Positions 1-9,181 are shown, counted from the first letter of the stretch. The stretch is DNA of 64,000 nt from Candidatus Aenigmatarchaeota archaeon (GCA_043814985.1 JBDRJK010000021.1:48768-112767), one strand, 5' to 3'. Numbers and translations: made by a program. Notes: a model not told the origin generated them from the sequence alone.

Positions 1-1
1 C

Positions 2-670
2 AACAAGGAGTTCATCTTGAAAAGGCTTAACAGCGTCAAGAAAAAGGTGGACGACTACTTGAGCGAAATCAATTCCGACAATGTCATAAGTTCGAGATTG
101 AAAGACATCGGGATAATAACCAACAGCGATGCAAAGAGGTACTGCTTGACAGGTCCCAATGCAAGGGGAAGCGGAGTCTCTTGTGATGTGAGAAAGTACG
201 ACCCGCCCTACAAGATATACAAGAATTTCGATTTCAACGAGATTATTGAAGACAGGGGAGATTCCTTTGCCAGGACTTCCGTCAGAATAAAAGAGCTTCT
301 GGAATCAATAAAAATAATAAAACAATGTTTGGACATGATGCCTCAGAAGAGAATACCAAAGTTCTCGTTCACCAACATACCGCAGGGCGAGGGAATTGGG
401 AGGGTCGAGGCTCCAAGAGGCGAGTTGTTCTACTACATCAAATTCAAGGACAACAAGATTGACAGGGTGAAGATGAGAACACCCACCTTCGGCTATTTCA
501 AGATAGCTGAAAAGATTCTGGTTGGAAGAAGAATCGGGGACGTGCCAGTCATAATCGGTTCACTTGACCCATGCTTCAGTTGCATGGAAAGGGTGATGGT
601 TGTCAAGGACGGAAAGTCTGAGATGCTTAATGAGATCAACTTCAGGAGGAAGTATCTATGTACGAAATAA
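2..670 (+). CDS. Group 4 membrane-bound [NiFe]-hydrogenase large subunit (MbhL/HycE-like), 5'-truncated by window edge
   Basis: EAPRGE motif and C-terminal Ni-binding DPCFSC followed by R and a cleavable tail; frame is open to window start. Confidence 0.92.
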   Translation, partial: NKEFILKRLNSVKKKVDDYLSEINSDNVISSRLKDIGIITNSDAKRYCLTGPNARGSGVSCDVRKYDPPYKIYKNFDFNEIIEDRGDSFARTSVRIKELLESIKIIKQCLDMMPQKRIPKFSFTNIPQGEGIGRVEAPRGELFYYIKFKDNKIDRVKMRTPTFGYFKIAEKILVGRRIGDVPVIIGSLDPCFSCMERVMVVKDGKSEMLNEINFRRKYLCTK

Positions 671-1512
671 TTTTTCTTGTGCTGGTCCCTTTCCTTGCGT
701 TACTATATGAGGGATTCTTCAGAAAACTAAATGCAAGATTCCAGAACAGGATAGGGCCGCCAATACTGCAGCCCTTCTATGACATAATGAAACTTTGGGA
801 GAAAAAGCCGCTGAAGAGCCAGAACGATCCCTTCTACAAGTATTCACCATTATTATATTTCATTTCAGTTTATGCATTATTCCTGTTCATTCCATTCTCC
901 ATAATAAGTTTCCAGTATGATTTTGTCTTGCTGCTCTATCTCACAATACTGGCAAGCGCCTTCTATGTTCTAGCTGGTTTGTCCTCTGACAATCCCTTCG
1001 GTATTATTGGTTCAATGAGAGAAATGATACTGATGATAACCTATGAGATCACCCTTGTCATAACAGTCTTCAACTTCATCATGTTTTCTGGAGTTCTCTC
1101 TTTTGCTGATTTCAATTCTAACCTGTTGATACTATCCCTTCCGCTATCCGCGATAGGATTGGCAATTGTATCTTTAGTTGAGGTCCACATAACGCCCTTT
1201 GACACAACAGAGGCCAAGACAGAAATAATGGGAGGCAGCACCACAGAGTATAGCGGAAGGAACTTGGCTCTGATGAAGATGTCAATGGTAATGAAGAGGC
1301 TGTTCTTCATTTTCCTTTTGCCTTTCCTTTTGTTCGGGAGAGATCTTATGATTCTTATACCAGCTAGTTTCGTCTTCCTGTTCATCTATGCCCTGTCACA
1401 GGCAACAACTTCCAGATACAGGGTTGATCAGGCTTTCAAGGTATACTTCTACATCATGGTACTTGTCCTGATAGATTTCATTCTGATAATGAGGGGGATA
1501 GTATGGGCATAA
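658..1512 (+). CDS. Hydrogenase membrane subunit (NuoH/HycD/MbhM family)
   Basis: RKLNARFQNRIGPP..QPFYD, PFD..EA..E and TEYSG motifs; multi-TM; overlaps the large subunit gene. Confidence 0.92.
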   Translation: MYEIIFLVLVPFLALLYEGFFRKLNARFQNRIGPPILQPFYDIMKLWEKKPLKSQNDPFYKYSPLLYFISVYALFLFIPFSIISFQYDFVLLLYLTILASAFYVLAGLSSDNPFGIIGSMREMILMITYEITLVITVFNFIMFSGVLSFADFNSNLLILSLPLSAIGLAIVSLVEVHITPFDTTEAKTEIMGGSTTEYSGRNLALMKMSMVMKRLFFIFLLPFLLFGRDLMILIPASFVFLFIYALSQATTSRYRVDQAFKVYFYIMVLVLIDFILIMRGIVWA

Positions 1513-1838
1513 CAACCGAGGCAATAAAGAATCTATTCAAGAAGCCCTTCACAAGAAGATATCCCAAGGAAAAATTGAAACCCTACAAGAGATTCCGCGG
1601 AAGAATCAAGTACTATCCCAAGAGGTGCATAGGTTGCAGGTTGTGCGAAAAGTACTGCCCTGTTGGTGCTGTCAAATTCCATAAGAAGGGAAAGATAGAC
1701 TTTGATTTGGGAATATGCGTGACATGCGGTATGTGTCAGGATGTCTGCCCGACGCAACCTAAGTCAATAGAAATGACCAATGAGTTTGAATTTTCTAACA
1801 AGGACAAGAAAAAACTGAAAAATGTTGTAAATGAATAG
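1503..1838 (+). CDS. 2x[4Fe-4S] hydrogenase subunit (NuoI/MbhN-like)
   Basis: KPFT..YP, RFRG and two CxxCxxCxxxCP motifs. Confidence 0.92.
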   Translation: MGITTEAIKNLFKKPFTRRYPKEKLKPYKRFRGRIKYYPKRCIGCRLCEKYCPVGAVKFHKKGKIDFDLGICVTCGMCQDVCPTQPKSIEMTNEFEFSNKDKKKLKNVVNE

Positions 1839-2700
1839 GGAAAATCTTGGAGTATTGCTTGCTGTACTAACTGCCCTAGTCAGCGGTTTCTCCATAGTCG
1901 CCAACAAGTTCTTCCTAGTTTCATTAGATCCAACTCTTTTCACAGCACTTAGAACATTTTTTGTGGGCATGGGGTTCTTCCTGATTTCATTTTATAAGAA
2001 CAAGTTTAGCTTAAAGGATTTCAACAAGGTTTCTTGGAAGATGCTCTTGGCAATAGGAGTTGTTGCTGGGTTTGCTTTCCTAGCTTTCTTCAATGGATTA
2101 AAGATTACAACTGCTGGAAGGGCTGCCTTTCTTCACAAGTTATTACCACTGTTCGTTACAGTGCTAGCATTCTTCTTCCTAAAGGAGAAAATAACAAGAA
2201 AACAGGTCTATGCAATGCTTGTTATGATTCTGGGTACATACCTAATATCCTACAGTGCTATAACGTTTGATGTTGCCTTCGGGGATTTGTTGATAATTGT
2301 TGCCACGATTCTGTTTGCCGTGGAGAACATAATGTCCAAGTACGCCATGACAAACAAGGAGTCGAATTTTGTTGTGTCATTTTGTAGAATGTTTTTTGCA
2401 TCCCTTGTATTACTGTCAATTGTGTTGCTTGCAGGAAATTACGACCAGTTGCTTTTGTTGAATTATGAGCAGATATTGTATATCGGGACTTCCATTTCAT
2501 TACTGTTCCTCTACGTGCTCTTCTGGTACTATTCGATAAGCCTGATAAAAGTATCAAAGGCGTCAACCCTTCTTTTGCTGTCGCCGTTCATTTCCCTGTT
2601 CATGTCATTCATGTTGTTGGGAGAAGCTTTTTTGCCGTTGCAGATTCTCGGTTCTGTCCTAATTCTTGTTGGGGCTTTCATTGTTTCAAGAGCTGGTTGA
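1831..2700 (+). CDS. DMT/EamA family transporter
   Basis: About 10 TM segments in two EamA halves (P.F..LA.FFLKEKI; LLGE). Confidence 0.85.
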   Translation: MNRENLGVLLAVLTALVSGFSIVANKFFLVSLDPTLFTALRTFFVGMGFFLISFYKNKFSLKDFNKVSWKMLLAIGVVAGFAFLAFFNGLKITTAGRAAFLHKLLPLFVTVLAFFFLKEKITRKQVYAMLVMILGTYLISYSAITFDVAFGDLLIIVATILFAVENIMSKYAMTNKESNFVVSFCRMFFASLVLLSIVLLAGNYDQLLLLNYEQILYIGTSISLLFLYVLFWYYSISLIKVSKASTLLLLSPFISLFMSFMLLGEAFLPLQILGSVLILVGAFIVSRAG

Positions 2701-3088
2701 CATTTTCGACTATTTTCCCCATCTTGCTTTTCAGCTCTTCACTCATTTCAATTCCGAAGTCAATGCTCTTTGTCTGAATCCCTATTATCTTTATTTTGGA
2801 ATTGGGCAGAAACTTTTGAAGCAGGTCAAACGTTATGTTGTGGGTAGATATCACGACATTCTTTATGTCATTCAGTTCGAATGTCCTGACCTCGCCGACT
2901 TCCCCGTCAAACTGCAGAGCGTCAATAATCACTAATTCCTCGCAGATTTTCAGCTGGTCTATGAAGTTCTCAGGAGTGGTCTCTCCCTTTATTTTTTTGA
3001 TGCCTTCAACATCCAGCTTATCTAGAACAATGTTTCCTATGTTGTCGTCACACTTGATGGGATTGCCGATGCTCATGACAGTTTTCAT
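2678..3088 (-). CDS. hycI: Hydrogenase maturation protease (HycI-like)
   Basis: IGNPIKCDDNIG, GETTPEN, IIDA and STH motifs. Confidence 0.88.
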   Translation of the reverse strand: MKTVMSIGNPIKCDDNIGNIVLDKLDVEGIKKIKGETTPENFIDQLKICEELVIIDALQFDGEVGEVRTFELNDIKNVVISTHNITFDLLQKFLPNSKIKIIGIQTKSIDFGIEMSEELKSKMGKIVENVNQLLKQ

Positions 3089-3123
3089 AAAATTTATTAG
3101 ATGTGGTTATACTTAATTATTAT

Positions 3124-3648
3124 ATGCTTAAGGAAGATAAGATAAGATTTTTGAAAATGGCCATTTCATGCCTGAGAAAGGGAGATGATAAAAGACCTAT
3201 ATTCAGTCCTGATGTTCCTACAGATGAGGATGTTGAAATCATTAAGAAATCCTTGGAAACAGGGAATATTGAAGAGAATATGCTGAAGAGGTTTTTCCCG
3301 ATAGCGTACAAGGGAGTTAGCGAGTATGGTTTCTTTGAATATTTTTTCTCAATACATAACATGAACATAGGCATGCTGGAAAAATACACTAAAGATAAAT
3401 TGGTTGATTGGTGCACTGCCTTTCCGGGTAAGATAGTTGATAGAAAAGAATCCAAATGGGTTGTTGAAAGATATGATGGTAAAAGAATAATCTCAGACTC
3501 GGAGGCGTATCCGGGGATAACAATTGAGAAGGAATTAAAAATCGGGGACTTTGTCATACTTCACAGGGACAAGATTCACATGGTCTTGAATAAAGATGAA
3601 TTTGAAACTGCCTTGAAATTCTATAATAAATTCAGAAATGAAAAGTAA
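3124..3648 (+). CDS. Hydrogenase-associated protein, DUF6390-like with a C-terminal HypC-like OB fold
   Basis: DWC...GKIV...LKIGDFVILH pattern; lies between hycI and hypC; start uncertain (3103 or 3124). Confidence 0.5.
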   Translation: MLKEDKIRFLKMAISCLRKGDDKRPIFSPDVPTDEDVEIIKKSLETGNIEENMLKRFFPIAYKGVSEYGFFEYFFSIHNMNIGMLEKYTKDKLVDWCTAFPGKIVDRKESKWVVERYDGKRIISDSEAYPGITIEKELKIGDFVILHRDKIHMVLNKDEFETALKFYNKFRNEK

Positions 3649-3649
3649 A

Positions 3650-3730
3650 CTATCTTCTCTTCCTTCTCTTGATTTTCTTTTTCCTCTTCTTTTTCTTCTG
3701 CTTTTTGGTCAGCCTTTTTGTTTTTGCCAT
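3650..3730 (-). CDS. Putative 26-aa Lys/Arg-rich micropeptide (MAKTKRLTKKQKKKKRKKKIKRRKRR)
   Basis: Read manually; ATG..TAG fills the intergenic gap; not in the ORF track. Confidence 0.5.
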   Translation of the reverse strand: MAKTKRLTKKQKKKKRKKKIKRRKRR

Positions 3731-3793
3731 GTTAAGAATATGTCAAATGAGAATATAAAATAATTTTATAAGAGGCAAAAACCATTTAGGGAT

Positions 3794-3946
3794 ATGTGTT
3801 TAATTGAGAAAGGAACTGTTCTCGAAGTTAAAGGCAAGACCGCTATTGTCAATGTTAGTGGTATGAAGAAGGAAGTCACGGTCACTGAGGATGTGGAAGT
3901 CGGTGACAGGATCAATGTTTTTCAGACTCTGGGGTTCAAAAAGTAA
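3794..3946 (+). CDS. hypC: HypC/HupF-family hydrogenase maturation chaperone (50 aa)
   Basis: Read manually: MCLIEKGTVLEVKGKTAIVNVSGMKKEVTVTEDVEVGDRINVFQTLGFKK; N-terminal MC and VGD motif. Confidence 0.8.
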   Translation: MCLIEKGTVLEVKGKTAIVNVSGMKKEVTVTEDVEVGDRINVFQTLGFKK

Positions 3947-3976
3947 TCTTAATTTTTGAATTTTCTAAAGAAAAAA

Positions 3977-4068
3977 TGGTAGCGGGGGCTGGATTTGAAC
4001 CAGCGACCTTCGGGTATCTCATCAGAGATTATGAGCCCGACGGGCACTCCTGGCTGCCCTACCCCGCT
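3977..4068 (-). tRNA. Initiator tRNA-Met(CAT) with a 14-nt intron at 37/38 (intron 4016-4029); CCA encoded
   Basis: A1-U72 pair, GGG/CCC anticodon stem, TTCAAAT T-loop; intron ATCTCTGATGAGAT folds into a bulge-helix-bulge. Confidence 0.93.
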
Positions 4069-4109
4069 ATGTTCTAATAATAAGATGTTAAAAGTTATAT
4101 AAGCTTTTC

Positions 4110-4970
4110 TTACAATGCCATCAGTATTATTCCCAACAGCATGAAAACAGAGCCTAGCACGCGCTGCAGTACATTGCCTTCCTTGAAGAACTTGAAACCG
4201 TAGAACGAACCGATTAGTATGCTTGTTCTCTTGACAGCTATGGCATAGACTGCTAATGTCATGGTAAATGTGTATGAAAGACTCACTTCAGAAAGTGCCA
4301 TGAAGAAGCCTATGCCCGTTAAATTCTTGAAGTTCTTTTTCACTTCGCTGAACCTTACCCTTTTCGTCAGGAAGACGAAGAGAGAGAAGATAATTGCCGC
4401 TATGAGGTACTCTGAAAAAACTCCGAAAAATACGTTAGAGCTGTTTATCAGATATTTGATGGAAGTGGCTGTTATGCTCCAAAGGGCAGAGACGCCCAGC
4501 ATGAGGACGGGTCCCCTTTCTTTTACAAGATATATGAAGGGGTGCAATATACTTTTCTTGATTTCCTTTATGTTTAGCACATATGCTCCAACTACTATGC
4601 TTATTATTCCTATGATGCCGACGGGGTTTGGGAACTCTCCCAAAATCAGGGGCCCTGTGAGAAGCATGAAGATAGGGGTGAAGGCAAGCATTGGTAGGGT
4701 GAGCGACAAGGGCGAGATTGATATTGCCTTCATGTAGAGGAGAACCGAAACAATATACACAATCGCTGCTATGAGGGCAACGAACCAGAAGAACAAAGTC
4801 GTCTGGGGAATTCCCACAAAGATGAGAGCAAAGGCTAAGAAGGGTAGGGTCAGGGTCATCAGGGACCATGTTGTAAGGTAGTGGTCGGCTTTTTTCATGG
4901 TTTGCTTGCTGATGTAGTCCTTGGTGGCAGATGCGAAGGCGGTGAACAAGGCCGTGACAATCCAGAACAT
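4110..4970 (-). CDS. DMT/EamA family transporter
   Basis: About 10 TM segments; SPLS.T.P...FTP.F and AVKRTS motifs. Confidence 0.88.
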   Translation of the reverse strand: MFWIVTALFTAFASATKDYISKQTMKKADHYLTTWSLMTLTLPFLAFALIFVGIPQTTLFFWFVALIAAIVYIVSVLLYMKAISISPLSLTLPMLAFTPIFMLLTGPLILGEFPNPVGIIGIISIVVGAYVLNIKEIKKSILHPFIYLVKERGPVLMLGVSALWSITATSIKYLINSSNVFFGVFSEYLIAAIIFSLFVFLTKRVRFSEVKKNFKNLTGIGFFMALSEVSLSYTFTMTLAVYAIAVKRTSILIGSFYGFKFFKEGNVLQRVLGSVFMLLGIILMAL

Positions 4971-5026
4971 AATAAGAAATTTGTCTTTAGTTAAATATTA
5001 ATAAGTCTTATAACTAAAGGGTGTTT

Positions 5027-5692
5027 ATGACAACCATTCTTGGTATTGACGAGGCCGGCCGCGGGTCAGTTATAGGCCCCATGTGCATCGGGGGCGTGGT
5101 TATTGACGAGAAGGACTCAGCCAAGCTAAAGGCTTTGGGAGTCAAGGACAGCAAGCTGTTAACTCCTGAGCAGAGAGAGGCTTTATATCCCAAGATAAAA
5201 AAACTGGCAAAGGATCATGTTGTTCTCAAGGTTTCTGCCAAGCAGATAGACCAGATGAGGAAGACAACCAACCTCAACAGGATTGAGGCTCAGAAGATGG
5301 CAGAGATAATCAAGGCCATGAATGCTGACAAGGCTTATGTTGACGCGCCGCAGGTCTCTACGGAAAAGTTCAAGAATATACTGCTGGCCTTGGCTGAGAA
5401 CAAAACTAAGATAATAGCTGAGAATCATGCTGATTTGAAATACCCTGTCTGTTCGGCAGCAGCCATACTCGCAAAAGTGGAGAGGGACAGGGATGTGGAG
5501 AGGATAAAGAAGATAGTGGGCTTTGACTTCGGAGTGGGCTATCCCCATGACCAGAGGAGCATTGACTTTGTCAAAAAGGCCTTAAAGGAGAAGAAACACT
5601 TGGAATTCTTAAGGCATTCATGGGTTACTGTGAGCAATCTTAAAAATGAGAAGGAACAAAAAACATTAAAAGAGTATAAGAGAAATAAATAA
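5027..5692 (+). CDS. rnhB: Ribonuclease HII
   Basis: GIDEAGRG, KDSK, SAAAILAKVERD, GYPHD and RHSW motifs. Confidence 0.96.
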   Translation: MTTILGIDEAGRGSVIGPMCIGGVVIDEKDSAKLKALGVKDSKLLTPEQREALYPKIKKLAKDHVVLKVSAKQIDQMRKTTNLNRIEAQKMAEIIKAMNADKAYVDAPQVSTEKFKNILLALAENKTKIIAENHADLKYPVCSAAAILAKVERDRDVERIKKIVGFDFGVGYPHDQRSIDFVKKALKEKKHLEFLRHSWVTVSNLKNEKEQKTLKEYKRNK

Positions 5693-5703
5693 GGAGGATT
5701 ATT

Positions 5704-5961
5704 ATGAAAAATACGAACAAGACAACTATTGTTTATGTGGTAAGCGGGATACTGATAGGCTATATTAGTTTCTTGCTTAACAGCGAGTTTCTAGCTCTGG
5801 GTCTGGCATTTGTATCTTTATTTTTGATTGCGGAAATATTGAAAAAGGCGTTGAAGATAGATTCTAAGTTCAAGTGGTTCTGGTCCCACGGTGGATGGGT
5901 ATACCTTTTCATCTGGTTCATAACATGGGTACTAGTCTGGAACCAGCCATTTGTTTTGTGA
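5704..5961 (+). CDS. Small 3-TM membrane protein (EMC6-like)
   Basis: 85 aa, three TM segments, ends G...YLFIWFITWV. Confidence 0.6.
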   Translation: MKNTNKTTIVYVVSGILIGYISFLLNSEFLALGLAFVSLFLIAEILKKALKIDSKFKWFWSHGGWVYLFIWFITWVLVWNQPFVL

Positions 5962-5965
5962 TTTT

Positions 5966-7309
5966 ATGATTGAGAATATTGGTGACTGGCAGAGAACACA
6001 TTATTCCAAGCAGGTCAAGCCGGAAATGGGCAATGAAGAAGTCATTGTGATGGGTTGGGTCAGAGAATTAAGGGACTTGGGTAAATTGAAGTTCATCAAG
6101 CTGGCTGACAGGGAAGGCTTCATACAGGTTACTGCAAAGGAAGGGGACGTCAAGCCGGATATAATCAATAAAATAGAAGGCTTGGGAAGGGAGGATGTCA
6201 TTGCTGTCAAGGGCATTGTAAAGGCAAGCAAGCAGGCTCCCAATGGAATCGAAATAATGCCAGTTGATGTGAGGATTCTTAACACTTCTGATTCACCATT
6301 GCCTCTAGAGCTGGAGACCAAGAAAACACCTGCTCACATTGATACGAGGATGAACTGGAGATTTTTAGATTTGAGGAAACATGAGAACAATCTCATATTC
6401 AAGATACAGACTGCAATGGAAATGGCCATGAGGGAATTCTGGATCAAGAATGGTTTCATTGAAATTCATTCTCCTAAATTAATGGGTTCTCAGAGCGAGA
6501 CAGGAGCAGAGCTGTTCACTGTTGTCTATTTTGACAGGGAAGCGTATCTGGCACAATCGCCCCAGTTCTACAAGCAGCTGGCAATGATTGCAGGTTTTGA
6601 TAGGGTTTTTGAGATAGCTCCTGTTTTCAGGGCCAATCCATCTCATACAGTTAGGCATGACACCGAGTACACTTCTATTGATATGGAGATGTCTTGGATA
6701 AGTTCACATGAGGATGTGATGGCATTTGAGGAAAAGTGGATTACCTATGTGATTGAACAAGTGAAGAAACAGTATGGAGACAAGATAAAGGAAACATTTG
6801 GTTTTGAATTGGTTGTTCCCAAAATACCTTTCCCAAGAATGACTCTCAAGGAAGCCAAGGATAAAATCAAGAAAACTGGTAAAAAGGTTTCATACAAAGA
6901 GGACCTTTCACCTGAGGAGGAAAGGCTTTTGGGAGAATTGGTAAAGGAAGAGTCCGGTCATGAGTTTGTGTTTGTGACTGAGTTCCCGTGGAAGATTAAG
7001 CCTTTCTATCACATGAGAGACGAGAAGAATCCTGGAGTGACAAAAGGTTTCGACTTACTGTGGAAAGGATTGGAAGTGACCACAGGCTCTCAGAGAGAGC
7101 ACAGGTATGACGTGTTGGTTGAGCAGGCAAAGGAGAAGAAGCTTAAGTTGGACAGCATAAAGTCTTATCTGGATTTTTTCAGGTATGGGGCGCCTCCACA
7201 TGGCGGTTTAGGTTTTGGTTTGACAAGGGCTCTTATGACAATGTTTGAAATGAAAAATGTGAGAGAGGTCACTTTCGCTTTCAGAGACATGGACAGGCTT
7301 TATCCTTAG
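5966..7309 (+). CDS. aspS: Aspartyl-tRNA synthetase, archaeal type (copy 1; probably non-discriminating)
   Basis: GWVRELRDLG, YLAQSPQFYKQ, FRAN..HT.RH..E, GSQREH and GAPPHGG motifs; Pro in the QAPNG loop. Confidence 0.95.
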   Translation: MIENIGDWQRTHYSKQVKPEMGNEEVIVMGWVRELRDLGKLKFIKLADREGFIQVTAKEGDVKPDIINKIEGLGREDVIAVKGIVKASKQAPNGIEIMPVDVRILNTSDSPLPLELETKKTPAHIDTRMNWRFLDLRKHENNLIFKIQTAMEMAMREFWIKNGFIEIHSPKLMGSQSETGAELFTVVYFDREAYLAQSPQFYKQLAMIAGFDRVFEIAPVFRANPSHTVRHDTEYTSIDMEMSWISSHEDVMAFEEKWITYVIEQVKKQYGDKIKETFGFELVVPKIPFPRMTLKEAKDKIKKTGKKVSYKEDLSPEEERLLGELVKEESGHEFVFVTEFPWKIKPFYHMRDEKNPGVTKGFDLLWKGLEVTTGSQREHRYDVLVEQAKEKKLKLDSIKSYLDFFRYGAPPHGGLGFGLTRALMTMFEMKNVREVTFAFRDMDRLYP

Positions 7310-7759
7310 GTGATTAAGATGAGAGAGTGTATATTTTGCGAAATTGTAAAGGGAAAAAGAGAAAAAAATCACAAGATTCTTGAAAATGATAAGCATCTGG
7401 CTTTTCTAGATATTTATCCTGTTACTAAGGGCCAAACCTTGGTTATACCTAAGAAGCACTACAAAGGTTTAGGTGTTTTTAGTCTTACAAGAAATGAATA
7501 TGAGGATTTGTTTCTCTTCGCTAAAAAGACCGCAAGAAAAATCAAGAAAAAACTCAAACCCAAGTTCATAATTATGGTCGTAGAGGGCATGATGATTGAT
7601 CATCTTCACATAAAGCTTTATCCTATATACAAAATACAAAAGAAGTCTGACAACAGGCTTCTAAAGCCTTATCAGCCATATAAAGGATATTTGATAACCC
7701 AGATAGGGCCGAAAGCCAGTGAAAAAAAACTTAAAAGAATAGCCCGCCTTCTTTCCTGA
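7310..7759 (+). CDS. HIT family hydrolase (variant HxHxK motif)
   Basis: CIFCEIV, AFLDIYP, LVIPKKH and HLHIKLYP; start GTG 7310 or ATG 7319. Confidence 0.88.
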   Translation: MIKMRECIFCEIVKGKREKNHKILENDKHLAFLDIYPVTKGQTLVIPKKHYKGLGVFSLTRNEYEDLFLFAKKTARKIKKKLKPKFIIMVVEGMMIDHLHIKLYPIYKIQKKSDNRLLKPYQPYKGYLITQIGPKASEKKLKRIARLLS

Positions 7760-7825
7760 AGAATTTCTATTATATATTTAAAGTTTACTACTATATTGTA
7801 ATACATAAATTAGGAGTGTGTTATT

Positions 7826-9172
7826 ATGGTAGAAATTAATTATAATGAAAAACAGATTGAATTGCTTCTAGGAAAGAGAAAACAAAATGCAGAAGTGACA
7901 GAAAGAGATTTTGGTAGCGATGTTGTTGTCGCAGGATACATAAAGAATATAGCAGATCTTGGTAAAAATATGAAGTTTCTAACTTTGGCAGATGCCTCAG
8001 GGGAAATACAACTGACGTTAAAGAAAGGAGTTTATGTTGGAGTTGAGGATGCTAAAATGCTCACCCCTCATACCTTTATTGTTGCGAAAGGTGAGGCATG
8101 TAAAGGAAGGGCTAAAGACGGTCGTGAAGTTCTTGTAAAAGATATTAGTCTTTTGAGCGATGTTGTAACAGAGAAGATTCCAACAGAGATGAGGACCAGT
8201 CTTGACAAGAGATTGGATTACAGGTGGGTGGATTTGAGGAATGAAAAGCACAGGTTCCCTCTTACAATGGTTTCCGAGTTCACAAGGTATTCAAGGGACT
8301 TTTTCAATGAAAACGGCTTCACTGAAATTTTCACGCCAAAGATAGTGGGTACTCCAACTGAGGGTGGAGCAGAGGCGTTCCCTGTTCTTTATTTTGACAG
8401 GGAAGCGTATCTGGCACAATCGCCCCAGTTCTACAAGCAAATGGCTATATGCTCTGGTTTTGACAGGGTTTTTGAGATAGCTCCTGTTTTCAGGGCCAAT
8501 CCATCCCACACTACAAGGCATGATACCGAGTACACCTCTTTGGATTTCGAGATAGGGTACATTACATCGCATCAGGATGTAATGAAAGCCGAAGAGGGTA
8601 TGCTGAGCCATGTTTTCAAAAACATTAAAGAGAAGTATGGGGATAAAATCAGGAAGAAATTCAAACAGGAGATAGACGTTCCTAAAAATATACCTCAAAT
8701 AAGGATGGAGGAAGCTTACGAGATTGTAACAAAGGAAGATGTAGACGAAAAAGGCAGCTTGAGACCATCAGGGGAGAAGGCTGTTTCTGAACATGTTAAG
8801 GAAGCATACGGAAGTGATTTCATCTTTATAACAGATTTCCCTTATGATGCTAGACCTTTTTATCATATGAAGGGTGAAGCTATGAGGAACGGTAAAGAGA
8901 CTACGAAGAGCTTTGACCTGATTTACAGAGGTGTAGAGATTACAACAGGCGCTCAGAGGGAACACAGGCACGGAAAATTAACAGCCCAAGTGGTTGAGAA
9001 AGGCTTAAGTACTAATAATCTAAAACAATATCTAGATTTTTTCAAGTACGGAGCACCTCCCCACGGTGGTATCGGGTTGAGCCCTAGTAGAGTTGTCACG
9101 AACATGCTTGATCTCGGGAATGTGAGGGAAGCAACAATGGCTCCGAGGGATCCGAAAAGACTGTTTCCATAG
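7826..9172 (+). CDS. aspS: Second aspartyl-tRNA synthetase paralogue
   Basis: EGGA, YLAQSPQFYKQ, GAQREH and GAPPHGG intact; anticodon OB domain divergent. Confidence 0.9.
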   Translation: MVEINYNEKQIELLLGKRKQNAEVTERDFGSDVVVAGYIKNIADLGKNMKFLTLADASGEIQLTLKKGVYVGVEDAKMLTPHTFIVAKGEACKGRAKDGREVLVKDISLLSDVVTEKIPTEMRTSLDKRLDYRWVDLRNEKHRFPLTMVSEFTRYSRDFFNENGFTEIFTPKIVGTPTEGGAEAFPVLYFDREAYLAQSPQFYKQMAICSGFDRVFEIAPVFRANPSHTTRHDTEYTSLDFEIGYITSHQDVMKAEEGMLSHVFKNIKEKYGDKIRKKFKQEIDVPKNIPQIRMEEAYEIVTKEDVDEKGSLRPSGEKAVSEHVKEAYGSDFIFITDFPYDARPFYHMKGEAMRNGKETTKSFDLIYRGVEITTGAQREHRHGKLTAQVVEKGLSTNNLKQYLDFFKYGAPPHGGIGLSPSRVVTNMLDLGNVREATMAPRDPKRLFP

Positions 9173-9181
9173 GTTGTTTAT

